A DNA stretch of 64,000 bases, from positions 158,596,001 through 158,660,000 of the forward strand of contig NC_042999.1 in the NCBI RefSeq assembly GCF_006345805.1. The letters are read 5' to 3'. Position numbers and translations under genes: made by a program. The stretch is from Octopus sinensis (taxonomy: Eukaryota). This document shows, piece by piece, positions 40,200-54,254 of this stretch (the first letter of the stretch is position 1; every line of letters starts with the position of its first letter). Under the pieces are notes generated by a model. That model had not been told where the DNA came from. It was given only the letters and a program-made list of their open reading frames with translations, and ran no database searches.

Positions 40200-43175
40200 T
40201 TCAAGCAGAGAGGAATGAACAATATAGAAAGGGATAAATGAAACAAAATCAAATGCAGCTCGGTGAAATCAAGCATGAGAACCTTTCCACCAGAGCAGCG
40301 AGAAGGGATTTTGTTAAATAAACTGCGCAACATAGAAAGGCATGAGAACAAGGTTATCATGAACAGCGTTAGTGTACTTACGATACCCCGCAACATAAAC
40401 AGGCTTGAAAGCAATTCTCTCAAGTGCAGTGACAATACATTTTGTGTCAATAGGTTCAAAATCTTAGAGGCCGATAACACTTTTCTGAAAACCAGCGAGA
40501 GCGTACGTTAACACTAAAATACTGAGCAGCTAAGAACAGTATGGCAATAAACTTTTTACGACCAGCATGAAAAGGTTTTAAAACACGAAGAACACCATGA
40601 AGCACATCAATGGCTGTCTCTAAAACAAGAACAGCAGCAAATAACTCAGAATAATCAGTATAATGTTAGTGGTAAAACCAGACAAAGAGAAATGTTGAAT
40701 ATTGTAAGACAGTATGACAAAGTTTGTGTACTAGAACAAGCTCAAAATGCAACCCGTCCAACTGTGGCTTAATAGACGCGTGATACCATCATTGAGATGC
40801 ACTAGTGTATATGGGAGAGCACACTCGATGGAAGATTGGGGATATCCTAATTTTAGTATTTGGTGTAAATCTGGTTTCATCTGTGTTCGATAAGTACCAG
40901 ATTTACTTGGTGGTCTACATCAATTGTTCATACTTGATATACTAGAAGCAAAATATTTCAGAAGCAACACTTGGTAATTGAACTGTGCTAAAGCCATGTG
41001 TAATAACAAACGATGCAACAGATGCTGGAGGTATTTCCACTTAAGTAACAGGAATCGCTGTTATTGATGAGATATTAGCATCTATAAACTTCATTTTACG
41101 ATTCTGAGGAGCAATTGTGATAGCTCATGTAGACAGTAGCTCCAAGTAATAGAATAGAATATAAAGATGATTTTATTTTCCATACACTTCATTTTTCTAT
41201 GCTTTCAATTAATGACTTGCAATCATTCCTGTTTGTTTAAGTGATGCTGACATAATACCAAAAAGCGTTTCTATTAGATTACATGCCGAAAAAGACCAGG
41301 TGGTGAATAGTAGAGAAGTTATAACCTGTCTACATCCAATGAAGTTTTCGTATACAAACCTTATAATGACATTAAACTCATCATACTGGTAGAAAGCTGG
41401 TAATTAAGTTTTGAGAAGAGAACAATCAACAAATCTTCAGATATTAAGCGATTCTCGTCGAGTCGGCTATGATCCTGTGAGCCATCGATGATTTTCCTCC
41501 TTGTAGCTTATATGGTTGGGATCTCAATACACTAAACCAAAGCAATTACGGAAAAAAAATTGGCGTCAATTTTATTCTTCTCTGAATATGAAGAAAGCTG
41601 GATCGAATAATATAATGCATCACATATGTCCACTTTTCTCGAAAACTATACACTAAAGATTAGTCAGTATGCTTACTTATTCGAAACAATCAACATACTC
41701 TACAAACAGACCCGTATAATGGTCTGACAGTTGCTATCGTTGCAGGCGATGCTGCTCGGACTAGAGGGCGTTACGTACTCGTAAATACGTAAAGAGGCTG
41801 TTCGAGACATACGGCGGCAAAGCGCTAGCATTATGCAATGGGTATCGTAAGGAAATTTGGAAAATCAACATTACTATATAAAACTGAAAAGGAGAAGAAA
41901 TTACAAGGGAACTCGAAACAGAGTAGATCACAGTAGCTTTTCCTGATACAAATGCACTCGTTTCTAAACTAAAGCGGCAACGACTTTTACGCAATATCGC
42001 GTTAGACGTTTTGAGAAATTTAACGGCCCGTTTGAGTAATACTGAATTCTAGAAAAGTTGTTTACTGCATTATTAACTTATTTTAATAAAATAGAAAACA
42101 GCTACAACATACAGCAAGAAACTGAGAATATTGATCAACTTCCCAATGCTGCACACACAACTGGTTTGCCGGTACCCGTTCCAACTTGGTATGCTTTGCC
42201 ATAAGTCTCGAACTGCCTGAATAATTGCATTTGGGAGTAGGTATCGTCCTCTAGTCGGCATCTGCCAGACCATTATACAGGTCTGATGGCAGATGTACAA
42301 ACCGTGTGGAGAGCAGAACATAACTGGGCCTTGAATGCTAAATAAACATTGCTGCACGATGCACTCACAAAATGTTAAGTGATAACAACTGTTATAAACA
42401 CTTACATCTGCGACCTCCTACTGAAGAAGGTCACACTACATCTTTGCGTGCTGGAACAGGAACATCGGAATGCGAAATCGACTCCTAATTCCCTTCGATC
42501 TTAGTTGCTCCAAACTACAAAGCCAATATATATGTTGAATGACGAGTGTCTGTTAAAACTGTCATATATCTACATAAATACGTATTTAAAAGCATTGACC
42601 AATCTAAAATCCTGCTAGATAGAGAACGAGCTCGCCTTGATAACGGTGATTAAATCAGCAAGAGCCAATGTTTGAATATAAAGATGACGCGTACTTTAGA
42701 TTGCGTGAATCGTATTGGAGACTTTTCGAATTTATCCATCAGCAAAAATGTGTCGGTGGAGATTTTAGATTTACATGCCTGATCAACAAATAAATTTTGA
42801 TAATAAATCATCCTGTAAAAATGCGATTGCACAAGCTCAGTCAAATAAGCGTAAAGCTCATTTTGATAAAAAATGCTGAATATCCAGAATTGAACTTGTA
42901 ACAACTTCATCGAATACTGTTGCTACAGTATTGAAGCTTGTCCAGAGTTTTTATTCCCGGCAGTCTTCCATTTCGGTAGAATCTCCACCAATCTGTCTCA
43001 TGAATTTTCATGATGCGATTGGTCCTGTGTGATGCTTAGCCTTAGTGTGGGATGAATCCCTAATGCGTCAACGACATCCCGAAGCCTTGTGTTGCACACT
43101 TCGAGAGCTAAGAAACAAGATGCAAATGATTTTCGGCAAACTCTCCCAGTAGTCCGTACCGTAAGTAACATTTTC
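40200..43175 (+). pseudogene. Heavily decayed autonomous Helitron RepHel
   Basis: Motifs in correct order: ALVYMGE/PNFSIWCKSG (~40800), RSYNLSTSNEV (~41320), YDP, IVRKFGKS (~41850), YLHKYVFKSID (~42570), YWRLFEF (~42715), VWDES (~43045), DFRQTLPVV (~43130). Confidence 0.82.
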
Positions 43176-45379
43176 GATAATAGAAGCTTGCTTAAAAATT
43201 ATCGTTCATTTTGATACCATTGGTAAGAAACAGGCGTGTATGTTGCTATCAGCAGAGTGTGCTTCATGATAACAAACACGAGAACTTTTTTCAGACGTCC
43301 AACAAATATATTTTTGAACAGAAAGTTAAAAAATACAATATGATTTAATGTTTGCTTCTTTTTGAAGAAACTCTTGTCACTGCCAGAACTGATACCATGA
43401 AGACCAACGATAAACAAGAAACAGTTATCAAAGGCGACAAATAAGCATCATCCCCACTGCCATCGCCACCATTTATCATTGCCATTGGTTTTCTCATTTT
43501 TTATTGCATTTCTGTGTGTGTGTCTCCAAGGAGTCACTTAAAGAGAAATGCATTGAAAAATGATAACCGAAATGTATGCAGTGACGTAGCTTTGTATTTA
43601 TAGATAATATTTTATTTAATAAAACTTTTCTACATTTCTTGAATTACTAAAGTATTCCGAACGTATCAGACCGTCTCAGCTGTTATTGAATGAATTTTGA
43701 TATTTCTGAGCTTTAGAAATATCACTCGATAAATATAATTCATTGTTGCTAAAGCAACACTCAAATGTGCATGATTTCATTATAATTATTATCGTTTATA
43801 ATTATCTCTTAAATGAACAGTAATTATACTGGAAACATTATTGGAACTTTTTCTTGTTTAAATAAAAATAAATTAAACGTAAAAACAGTTTCACCAAATG
43901 ATTTCAGTTTCTTCTTTTACGGCTCTTATCATCACATATCTCCATAAGAGGCCATTATTATCATTTCAGTATCGCCAGAAGAATGGAAAAATCGGTTCAA
44001 ACCAACATTTGGTTATTACCGATGTTCTGCACAACGTAAGATGGTTAATGATTTTCTATTCTGATTGATTAAATGATAATCATAAAATTTATGGTTTACA
44101 GGACATCGAGTGATTTGAAACAAAGAGAATTTTACGTATAAATTCTGAAGTGTTTGAAACTGATTAATGTTAACGAAATGGAAGCTACATACATTACTCC
44201 AACATGAGTGATTGAATGAAGAAAACCGCCTTACAAGCTAATCATTCTTCAACATATACAATAAGTTCTGGTTCCTTTAATACTCAATTCGTCATATGAT
44301 ACATTTCATGAATACCGTTGAATAGAATTCTAGATATCGAAAACAACTCTTCTTTGTTGTGGGAGCATTACGTCTCTAGACTATCATAAAGTATATTTAA
44401 ATTATAATGTCTTACACCTTTATAGTACTTTCCCATAACCACATGACGTCTCTAAATAATTGTAAATACATGGGACATAAAGTATAGTCATATATGTATC
44501 AAAGGCTTCCAGTGCTCGAACTTACTAGATAGACACTCGATTATATTTCTCAAGTTGTAAGCAAATGAGAGAAGATGTATTTATTTGAATAAATTCAGAT
44601 TTTAAGATCGGTGACATTCTTGAAAACCTAACGAAACACTGTCTGTTTGACAGGGTTGATATTTTAAAAATCTTTTGGATGATGGATAATCTACCCTGAA
44701 GACAGATGGATTGGGTCATTCATAATTAATTGTCTTAACTAATAGCTGTACTACGAATAACTGATTATTCGATTGGTTATTCAATATTCATTAAACTGAG
44801 ACATAAACTGCAATTTTTAGATTAATTTCACATGCCATTTGATTTCAAGTCTTTTAGCAAATACATTTTGGTCATATAACCAGTTGTTTTCACGTAGTAT
44901 GTGTAAAGTAAACTTTGCAAATATCAAATCTCACAAAGTATTATCCATGAAAGGAGTGCCAATCATATAATGTCTGTTGCAAATAATAGAGCTCTACTGC
45001 AACATGAATATCTGCTTAGGGTCTATGATCTCACAGATCCAGTACATCGCCTTTAAGGATATAAGAATATATAACGTAATTGCATTCATATGCATTGATG
45101 GTACTACTACTTACAAAACAGTTTTTTAAAAAATATATAACATGGAAAGTTACAAAAATTTGATTTATCAAAAGATAGAAATCATTTTCATATAGACCCA
45201 ATGAAAATAGAAGTAATTGTAAACCTAATACGCAGTAAAAATAATTATAAACAGGAACCCCCAAAAGCTATAGACCTATATCCGCCCTCACACATACATT
45301 TACGTATACATATTCATACACACGTGCATACGCACAAAGATTTCTTTTCTTTTACTTTTAGTAATTTGATTTCTACCTG

Positions 45380-47130
45380 TACTGAAAGACCTGGATTTTA
45401 ATAACGATACAAAGCTCCATTGTTGGACTGTGAATGATGAAAAAATGTTACATTTTGAACATGAAAAAGTATTGCATGCTTTTATTGTTCCGCATACAGA
45501 TTGTATTTGTAATGTGCAAGTTGGGGTGATAAATTTCTTTTTCGACAACCACAGCTTGTCCAGATTGTCACTTAAGCATCTACTCTCAAACCCAAGTACA
45601 CCAATTATTATTAGGGAAAATGTGAATTTACAATCTAGGTATAGAAGATAAATGCTTCAAAGCTGTTTGTTGTTAACCAGTTCCTTTTGATTTTAGAGTA
45701 GTTACACACATCAGCAGGGAAGCTGGCTTCTTTGGAGTTACATACTTTACCTCATCTATCCTAAAATAACAGTATCTGGTCTGCTATGTTTGTGCTTGGT
45801 AGAAAATTTGATGGGAATTCCCCACCAATATTACTTCTATAGATGGTTATGCATGCATTCAATAACAAATGGTGGATTTTTCTCCCTGGGTAGTCGTTTT
45901 TCGGATGGCATTGTATACTGTTTAAGGGACAACTTCGTGTTGCATAGGGAGGTGGTACCTCGATGATATTTTTCAACAGGTACTGACCACATGCGTGATG
46001 TCTTCCACAGAGAACTGGCATAATCTACATTTTCAGATGCATATTAGGGACCCGAAAGCCTACAATTTCTTGTTTATTCGGTCATTTGTAGCAATCTTCT
46101 GTAGATGCATGGCCTTTGAAGTGTGATGTGATGTAGCGGTCATGAGTTCAAAATAAATTGCATTTCTTGTCAATGTTATTTTCATCTTCAAGGCAGCCAG
46201 CTTGCAGAATCATTACTCCGCCTGAGATGACATTTAGCGGTAATACGTCCATCTTTACATTCCAAGTTCAAATTTCGCCGGGGTCAACTTTGCCTTCCAT
46301 TCTTTCGGGTCATACCAAATAAATAAGTACACTGGGATCGTTGTAATTGAGTTACCTCCTCCCACGAAATTGCTGGCCTTTTACCAAAATTTGAAACCGA
46401 TATTATTATTGTCTTCAAGTCTCCAGGAAACTCACTAATGTCTAGACATTTTTTGGCATGCAGAGCGTTTCACATGCAGGTCTTCTTTGGGGGTGTACTG
46501 TTTTGGAGTTGTATGGGAATACGTCACAAAGAGAGTGTTTCCCTAGGAGTTCCTTGCCGGCACTACGGATGTTGTTCTCATCACTTTTCAGCACCAGGTT
46601 TATGTATTTAGTTATGCTGCTGTCGATCAGAAAACGCTTGTCTGATAGAGCTACAGGAGACCGTCTGCACTGATTTCAAGCCTCTACGTCCTTCATCTCA
46701 TATTAGGAAGAGAATGACGATATCAATGCTTATGTGGAAGTCACCAGTTGATGTCAGTATGTTCCGAGGTTTTAATGTCTATGGGGCGGATTTCCTCAAC
46801 AGACTAGTCAGTTGAAGCATTTCAAATTTTCGCAACAGCATTTGTAGTGCAAATAAATTGTGGTATATCGTGTTTTTAAGAGGAGAAATTCAACTGCCAT
46901 GTTTTACGAAGTTTGGTATAATATTCTCGTGTCACTCTGTCTTTATTCACAGCACCTTTGTAAGTTATGTTTACCTCATTGTCTAGATATTTGTAGCTTT
47001 GAGTGGGACAGGAGATATCGAAACAGTCGATGCACAGGTTTTGTGGTTGGGAAGCAGATATTCTACGTTAAACAATCAAATACGAATACTCTTTTTGGTC
47101 AACTTCTACTCCCGTGTGAGTTAAAATCGT
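45380..47130 (-). mobile_element. Decayed RLE LINE (further family), interrupted by a SINE
   Basis: RRGLKSVQT, DKKC...EDITHVVSTC, YWWGIPIKFSTKHKHSRPDTVI, FSLIIIGVLGF...CLSDNLDKL, IQSVCGTIKACNTF. Confidence 0.75.
46208..46415 (+). mobile_element. SINE family 2, degraded, nested in a LINE
   Basis: aagttcaaatttcgccggggtcaactttgccttccattctttcggg; ends gaaaccgatattattatt. Confidence 0.75.
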
Positions 47131-47179
47131 TGTTATTAAATCCAGTTGATATTTCTGGTATTATTTTAATCATTTATTG

Positions 47180-47624
47180 TTTACTTATGTCAGCCATTAG
47201 TCTGCGGCCATGCTGGGGTATCGCCTTGAAGCATTTTTAGTCGAATGTATCGATCCTAGTTCTTATTTTTTTTAAAGCTTGGTGCTTATTCTATTGATAT
47301 TTTTTTGCCAAACCGCTAGCTTATGGGGACGTGAACATACCAACACCGGTTGTCAAACGGTGCTGGAGGACCACAAACGGTCGCACAGACACACGCACAC
47401 ATACACACACTTACATCCCCACCACACACACAGATACACACACACACACATATATATAAATGCATATATGTATGTATACGATGGGTTTCTTTCACTTTCC
47501 GTCTGCCAAATCCACTCGCAAGTCTTTGGTCGAAGACGGTTGCCGAAGGTGTCACGTAGTGGGACTGAAACCTGAACCATGTGGTTGGGAAGCAAGCTCC
47601 TTAGTACACAGCCTCGCCTGCGCC
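47180..47624 (-). mobile_element. SINE family 1, diverged full length
   Basis: Head ...gcctgcgcc, internal CA/TA microsatellite, tail ctgcggccatgctgg. Confidence 0.85.
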
Positions 47625-48250
47625 TATTAACATTTCAAACTTTAGGTCATTCACCAAGAAATTATGTCTTACATTGTATATCTAGCATCCTTGTGTTATT
47701 AATTACAGACTACTGTAAACAGAAAGTAGAGGGAAATATTAGCCCAGATGCTTTGAAAACTTTAGAGGCTCACTTCTAGCTACAGAACTTACAATTAGGA
47801 CAGAGTCTGTTCATTTGTACAGTATTGTAGAGTTCAAACGTTAACTTGTACTTCCTGGGCGCCAAAACGTCCCTCGTGTGGTCTTTCTTGAACATTTGAT
47901 GAACTAAGTACTTCGTACTTTATATTTTTTTGTCTAAGTGTAAAAATGTAATGCAAAGCGAGGAAAAAAAATTGTAGTGCAAAGAATTTTCCTTTCTCAT
48001 AAATACAATTATTGAAAGTTATTAAGTTTACGAATCATTTGGAATAAAAATAACGATGTATTTTAAGAATCATTTTAACACAGTAGATCTATTTATCCAT
48101 TAGCTTTAAAAATTAAAGAAAGAAATCACTTCCCACCTCACCAAGAATACACAATTTTTGGTAAAAGAAAAAACACTTCTACTTTTTGTCCCTGGAAAAT
48201 TATTTCAATGCAAGCTGAAAACAAACTTTTCTGTGTGGAAGGTAATAAAA

Positions 48251-48286
<36 letters not shown>

Positions 48287-49388
48287 AATATATATATATA
48301 CATAAATATATGTATATATGTATAGACCCTCTTTCTCTTTCTCTCTCACACTCCCTGTATGTGTGTATGTATGTATATATATATATATATTTATATTTAC
48401 GTACACACCTACACACACACACACACACACACACACAACACACACACACACACACACATACTTTTATACAACGGAAATCCTTTGTTTGCTGTATAGCTAT
48501 CTGCTGCCAGATCAAAGTTGAAAGCGGTAGTAATTTCTCCCACAAAGTATATAAATACTTTCCTTCTCAAAAAACTGAATATGTTCGCCAAGAAAATGAA
48601 ATTATTAATGGAAGAAAGTATCCAGTTATGTAAAACAGTAAATAGCGAACAGAAGATTGTTGGTTTGATAAGATAAAGCATGCAATGTGATGAAAGCGTA
48701 ACGAATCGCCGTGGAATTGTGCAAAGAGAATTAAATGCGACATTGGTATGCATCGCACGCAATTAGACGTTGATGTAATCGACATTATGTTGCGTTTTGC
48801 TCTGTGGTTACCTAACGGCATAACCATACGTACACTTACGCCGATAAGCACAATAGTACATTAGATTATTTTATGTCACCTAACGGCATTTACCGACAGT
48901 AGAAATATCTGCTTTGACCTCTTAGTTATATGATCCTGGAGGGAGAGAGAGAGAGTGTGTAGGGTATTAAATTAACTCAATTAAGCGTCTAGTACATATC
49001 TTAGAAATCCAGATAGGATGAGAGGTTATGCCGACAATAATATAATTTTACAGCAAGAAAGTAAAAAGCAGAGTCGAATACTGCAAAGCATATTCTCACT
49101 GCTCTCATAATTCTGTCAAATCCACCATCCTTCGGTGATACCTCTTATTTTTCGAGCACCTTCCGGAGTATTCAATTTCTACACTCCCTAAACTTCTTCC
49201 ATATGCTGTTAGATCCGTCCTCCTATTCGCCATGATTATCTATAGTAGAAGACAAAAGTTGAAAATAAAGAACATTTAGCAAAATATTTTAATGATAAAT
49301 GGAAATAGTTATAATGATTATAACAATGGTAGTGTTGGTGATGGTGATAAGGATAAAATTATTATAATTATTATTAGTATTATTATTA

Positions 49389-49448
<60 letters not shown>

Positions 49449-49464
49449 TATTATTATTTAGAAA

Positions 49465-50809
49465 CCGTCAAAGAAGGGAATGTTATCGCAGGGAAAGGCA
49501 ATACTCAAGAGAGAGACTGAATGCAAGAAACAGGATCGAAGCGATCAATATTTTAGCCATACCGGTCATAACTTACAGTTTCAATATCATTAACTGGTCA
49601 ATTACTGAAATATGTAATCTTGACAGAAAAATGGGAAAAGTTTTGATAATGCATAGAGGCACTCTAACGAAGATATAGAACGACTTTACCTGTCAAGAAA
49701 AGCGGGTAGCCGTGGACTTTTACAACTGGAATTAACAATGAAAATTGTCACATTTGGCCTAAACACCTAACTGAAAACTCTGAGGACTGGATGTTAAATC
49801 TTGTCTCAAACCATAAAAACAATAAAACATCGTACACAATAACAAAGGAGGCAACGGAATATCTAAGGGAATTCTGAATACAACAAATTCCAGAATTAGA
49901 CTTACTGGAAAGAAACACAGAGAAAGCTAGGCGTATGAAAACCGTGCTAAACTGCTGCCTTACATATTCTTACTCATAAATGGCAAGTAAAAGGTATGAA
50001 TGGAAAATACCGAAAGAGAGCTAATAGTGCCGTTATTGACAAAGCCCTTACCCATTAATGGTTAGTGTCTTCTAGCTTAAAATCAGGAACGGAAGAGTTA
50101 ATCATAGCAGCCAAAGATCAATGCCTACCTATAAGGGACTACCAGGCCAACATATTGAAGAACGGTAGTAACCCAACATGTCGTGTACGTAAACAACGAA
50201 ATGAAACCATTGATCATGTTGTCTCCATGTGCAGTCTTCTTGCACCCACAGAGTATCTCAACAGGCCTGATAGAGCAGCACAATATATTCACTGGGTAGA
50301 TTGCAAAAGCCTGGACCTGGCTCATGATTGAAGTTCATAGGAACACAAATCCCGTCTAGTGCTTGAAAATGATCACAACTCACTCCTCGGGAACTTCACC
50401 TTTCAAACTGACGGGAAGATAGATGCGAATAGGCCAGACATCATATTGAAAGATTTCAGACAAAAATCATGCCTCCTCATTGATATGACAGTCCCAATCG
50501 ACATAAGCGTATCTATGAAGACCTACGAAAAACTAAGCAAATATACAGATCTTGATATAGAAATTAGCAAAATGTGGAACCTCAAGACTAAAACATACCC
50601 TACGTAAATTACTGTCTATGTAATCTCAAATTTTAAAGCAAACTTATAATTTTCTTGTTTTCTTAAACATTCTCTGGGATGCAAACGAAATAGATGATAC
50701 GCTAGGCATGAACTTCTAACTTATTTTCTCTTGAGGTTTCTGGGTGAGACTTGGAGTCAATTTGTGAAAATACAAAGCAAAAGTGAAGCAAATAATAATT
50801 TTAGTAATC

Positions 50810-50810
<1 letters not shown>
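49465..50810 (+). mobile_element. RLE (R4/Dong-like) LINE, 3' part, same family as 21043-22865
   Basis: RIEAINILAIPVITYSF, ORFs 50065..50331 (LKSGTEELIIAAKDQCLP, PTCRV...ETIDHVVSMC) and 50359..50607 (DANRPDII, LLIDMTVP); 3' UTR then (AAT)n. Confidence 0.92.
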
Positions 50811-50840
<30 letters not shown>

Positions 50841-50864
50841 TAATAATAATAATAATAATAACAA

Positions 50865-50916
<52 letters not shown>

Positions 50917-51080
50917 GGCGTAGGAGTGGTTGTGTGGTAAGTAGCTTGCTTACGAACCACAGGGTTCCGGGTTCAGTCCCACTGCGTGGCACCTTGGGCA
51001 ACTGTCTTCTACTATAGCCCCGGTTCGACCGAATCCTTGTGAGGGAATTTGGTAGAAGGAAACTAAAACAAGTCCGTCGC

Positions 51081-51142
<62 letters not shown>

Positions 51143-51347
51143 ACGTTTGTGTGTCTGTGATTGTCCTCCCAACATTTCTTGACAACCGATGCTGGTGTGT
51201 TTACGTCCCCGTATCCTTAGCGGTTCGGCAAAAGAGTCCGATAGAATAAGTACTAGGCTTCCAAAAAATAGTCCTGGGTTCAATTTGCTCGACTAAAGGC
51301 GGTGCTCCTGCGTGGCCACAATCAAATGCCTGAAACAAGTAAAAGAG
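50917..51347 (+). mobile_element. SINE family 1, full length
   Basis: GGCGTAGGAGTGGTTGTGTGGTAAG...GGGTTCAGTCCC...gaaacaagtaaaagag. Confidence 0.92.
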
Positions 51348-51379
51348 TTAGAGTATTATTATTAATATCATCATCATCA

Positions 51380-51425
<46 letters not shown>

Positions 51426-51699
51426 CATTATTATTATCATTATCATCATCATCATTATCATCATCATTATTATTATTATAACAGGAGGTTGTAAAATATA
51501 GCAAGTCCTTAACTATGGTAGTCAGCTAATTCTGCCATTGTTCATCATAGATGGCGTCATTTTATTTAGAACGCTAATAATGTTAGAATGGCATTTTTTT
51601 ATATATTCAAGTTGTTTTTTTTATATATTCAATTTTTTTCCTTATTGCCTAATGTAACGGTATGGTAATTTGCATGCTGTTACATTTTATAAGTTACTT

Positions 51700-52541
51700 A
51701 ATAGTTGCGATGTCTAAGTGACACAACTTAACACCAGATACCAGAGCGAGGGTCGCTCAGCTTAGTAGGCTGAAATAAAGCTATTTCAAACGAAGTTAGA
51801 TGCTCTAAAACGGCCGTCTACAATGCTGTCCGTCTTTATATAGAAAATAATGATTATAAATACCGCTCTCGACCTGGGTAACGAAAAAACAGAAAGAAAC
51901 AACGGCTAGAATGGATAGACACATTCATAGATTGTCCATAAAAAACGAAAAATGACCACTGACATTTTAAAAGAAATTCAGCAAAAATATGGACTTTCCG
52001 CATTGGAGTGTCCACCATAAAAAAAAACTGTCTCAAAGAATTTGAAATTCTTGGAAGAGGCTCTCGCAAAAAAAACCACACATTTCTTTAAACAATCGAC
52101 GTGCTCGAATACAGTTTGCAAAAGAGCATTTGTATTGGAGTCCAGCAGATTGGTCGAATGTGTTGTGGTTGGACGAGTCAAAGTTTAACTTGTTTGGCAG
52201 TGACAGCAGGAAGTATGTAAGAAGGCGTATAGGCGAAGAATATCATCCAGAATGTATCCAACCTACAATTAAGCACGGTGGTGGAAGTATGATGATGTAG
52301 GGTGCATGTTTGTAAAATGCGTCGGTCCTATAATTCGAATGAAGGGCATTATGAATACTGAGTCATATCCAGAAATATTGGATGAGACTATGTTTCCATA
52401 CACCCGAAAGCATTTGGGCCGATCTTGGACTTACCAGCTTGCAACGACCCGAAACACAGCTCGCACCTAGTAAGAGATTACATTAGTTCTAAGAGAGTTC
52501 AGTTGATACAGTAGCCGGCACAGTCGCCCGATCTAAATCCC
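51700..52541 (+). mobile_element. Tc1-family transposase relic
   Basis: RKKPHISLNNRRARIQFAKEH, WSNVLWLDESKFNLFGSD, TIKHGGGSMM, NDPKH, PAQSPDLNP (52521-52541). Confidence 0.92.
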
Positions 52542-52704
52542 TTCATATCTGATGTTGACTTTTTTGACCACCAGGTTGAACGCTTCTTCACCAATGGGAT
52601 TCAAGCACTGAAGCACTGGTTGAAAAAATCTGTGGACTACAAGGGAGAAGTATGTGCAAATAAACTTCATTTAGTCAGCCTATGAACATTCAAGCCGACC
52701 CCCG
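52542..52704 (+). mobile_element. Mariner 3' end with right TIR
   Basis: FFDHQVERFFTNGIQALKHWLKKSVDYKG; ends gaacattcaagccgacccccg|TA. Confidence 0.7.
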
Positions 52705-54254
52705 TACTTGAAATTTTGTGAGTCAGCTTCCCGAATGGATTGAACATTCAATTATTTTTTATTAAATTAATATATTTATTAATTGCCATGTAATTTGAGG
52801 AATATTTTTATTTAATATTATTAGACACCAACTAAGATTTTTACGCGAGAATCAATACACACAAATATTTGTGTGCACTCGTGTCGGAGCGAGCACGCGG
52901 GTGTATGGTGTGTAATTCAAAAGACGGAAACTAAAGTGCTCTAAATCAGATTTATGTCTTAGTAAGTGACATTTAAGATGGCTTACTCAACTTTGAGGAG
53001 ATAATCCTTCAGATAAAGGTAATTAGTTATCTTATGTCCATTAGAATGTTATCCACGTGACAGCAGGTAATATTAACGAACCCTTCAGATACAAGTTCTC
53101 TGACTAATTTCACATGGAAATCTTTGAATTCAAGAACGCTGATCACTGTTAGTAATAAGGTTGTCAAATCAATGTATGCACCTAAGTACTCTATATTTCT
53201 AATGCTTCAACACATGTACACACATACACACAAACGTGTATGTGTGAGTGTGTATGTGCATGTGTGCGTCTGTGTGTATGTTTGTGTATTAATGCATTAG
53301 AAATAGATACACGCACACACACACCCATACGTGAATCTATTGTTTGCCAATTCCGTGTGTTAAATATTTATTTACTTCTCCTTATCGTATTGTAGATATT
53401 TTCTGATAGATAACTTCGCAAACCCCAGAAAACAATATATTTTCATGGGTTAGGAGAAAGGTATGGTTGTATTCAAGAAACTCACTGGATTTACGTAACT
53501 TTTGAGATCACTATAGTTTGTTTTCAGATTATGCCGAAAAAAGAGAAAAAAAGAAAGAACATAAACAAAGATGGAATCGCAGAAGCCTCCAATTGGTGCT
53601 ATTCTGAATGCTATCCGTTTAGTTTGTGTGCGTAGCAGCTGTCAGATATGAAGCAGGAGTATAGTCTTGTGAATCTTATTTAAGTTCTTTAAATGAAAAA
53701 AAGCAACCAATTAAAACTGGAGTATCTCTTGGCATTAAAATGACAGACTAAAATGAATGTAATTTTAGCTATGTTTTACCTCAACATCGCTTAAAATATT
53801 GTATCTCGCGATAGTTTAAACATAGCTAGGAATGAATCCTAGCATCTAATAGATCACTTCTTAAATACCTCCTCAGAATTTATTGATGAGATATAAAGCA
53901 CCGGTGAAACCTTGCTCCCCCATCCGTGGCGGTGTTGTTAATGCACACAGATATTCTCGATCGCATTAAGAACTGTGCTGCTTGATTGATTATAACAAAG
54001 TTAAAAATACATCTGGGACACAAGCCTATAGTCACTATAATAATGGTTACTGCACCTCAGAATCGCCGGTATCATGTTAACTCCAATCATCTTTTCTCCT
54101 CTATCAGCCTCATTCTTCTGTCCAACCTTTCTGGTATACCCTCCTGCTCATATCCTCCCCGCAGGTGATGGCCAACAAATGTTTACTAGGGACATTAATA
54201 GCCTCAATTTCACCGATCTAAGAAATCTTCAATGGTCAAGGACACACCCTTGGA

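Noticed and set aside
42259-42295. Bulged hairpin catctgccagacc...ggtctgatggcagatg
   Set aside because: Short, single copy and inside a decayed Helitron ORF; likely chance or template switching
48409-48851. GPCR TM5-TM7-like text in minus-strand ORFs (YLLFYITGYFLPLII; LSSINNFIF)
   Set aside because: The motifs lie in different overlapping frames in the wrong order; F/L/I richness is expected from the antisense of A-rich DNA
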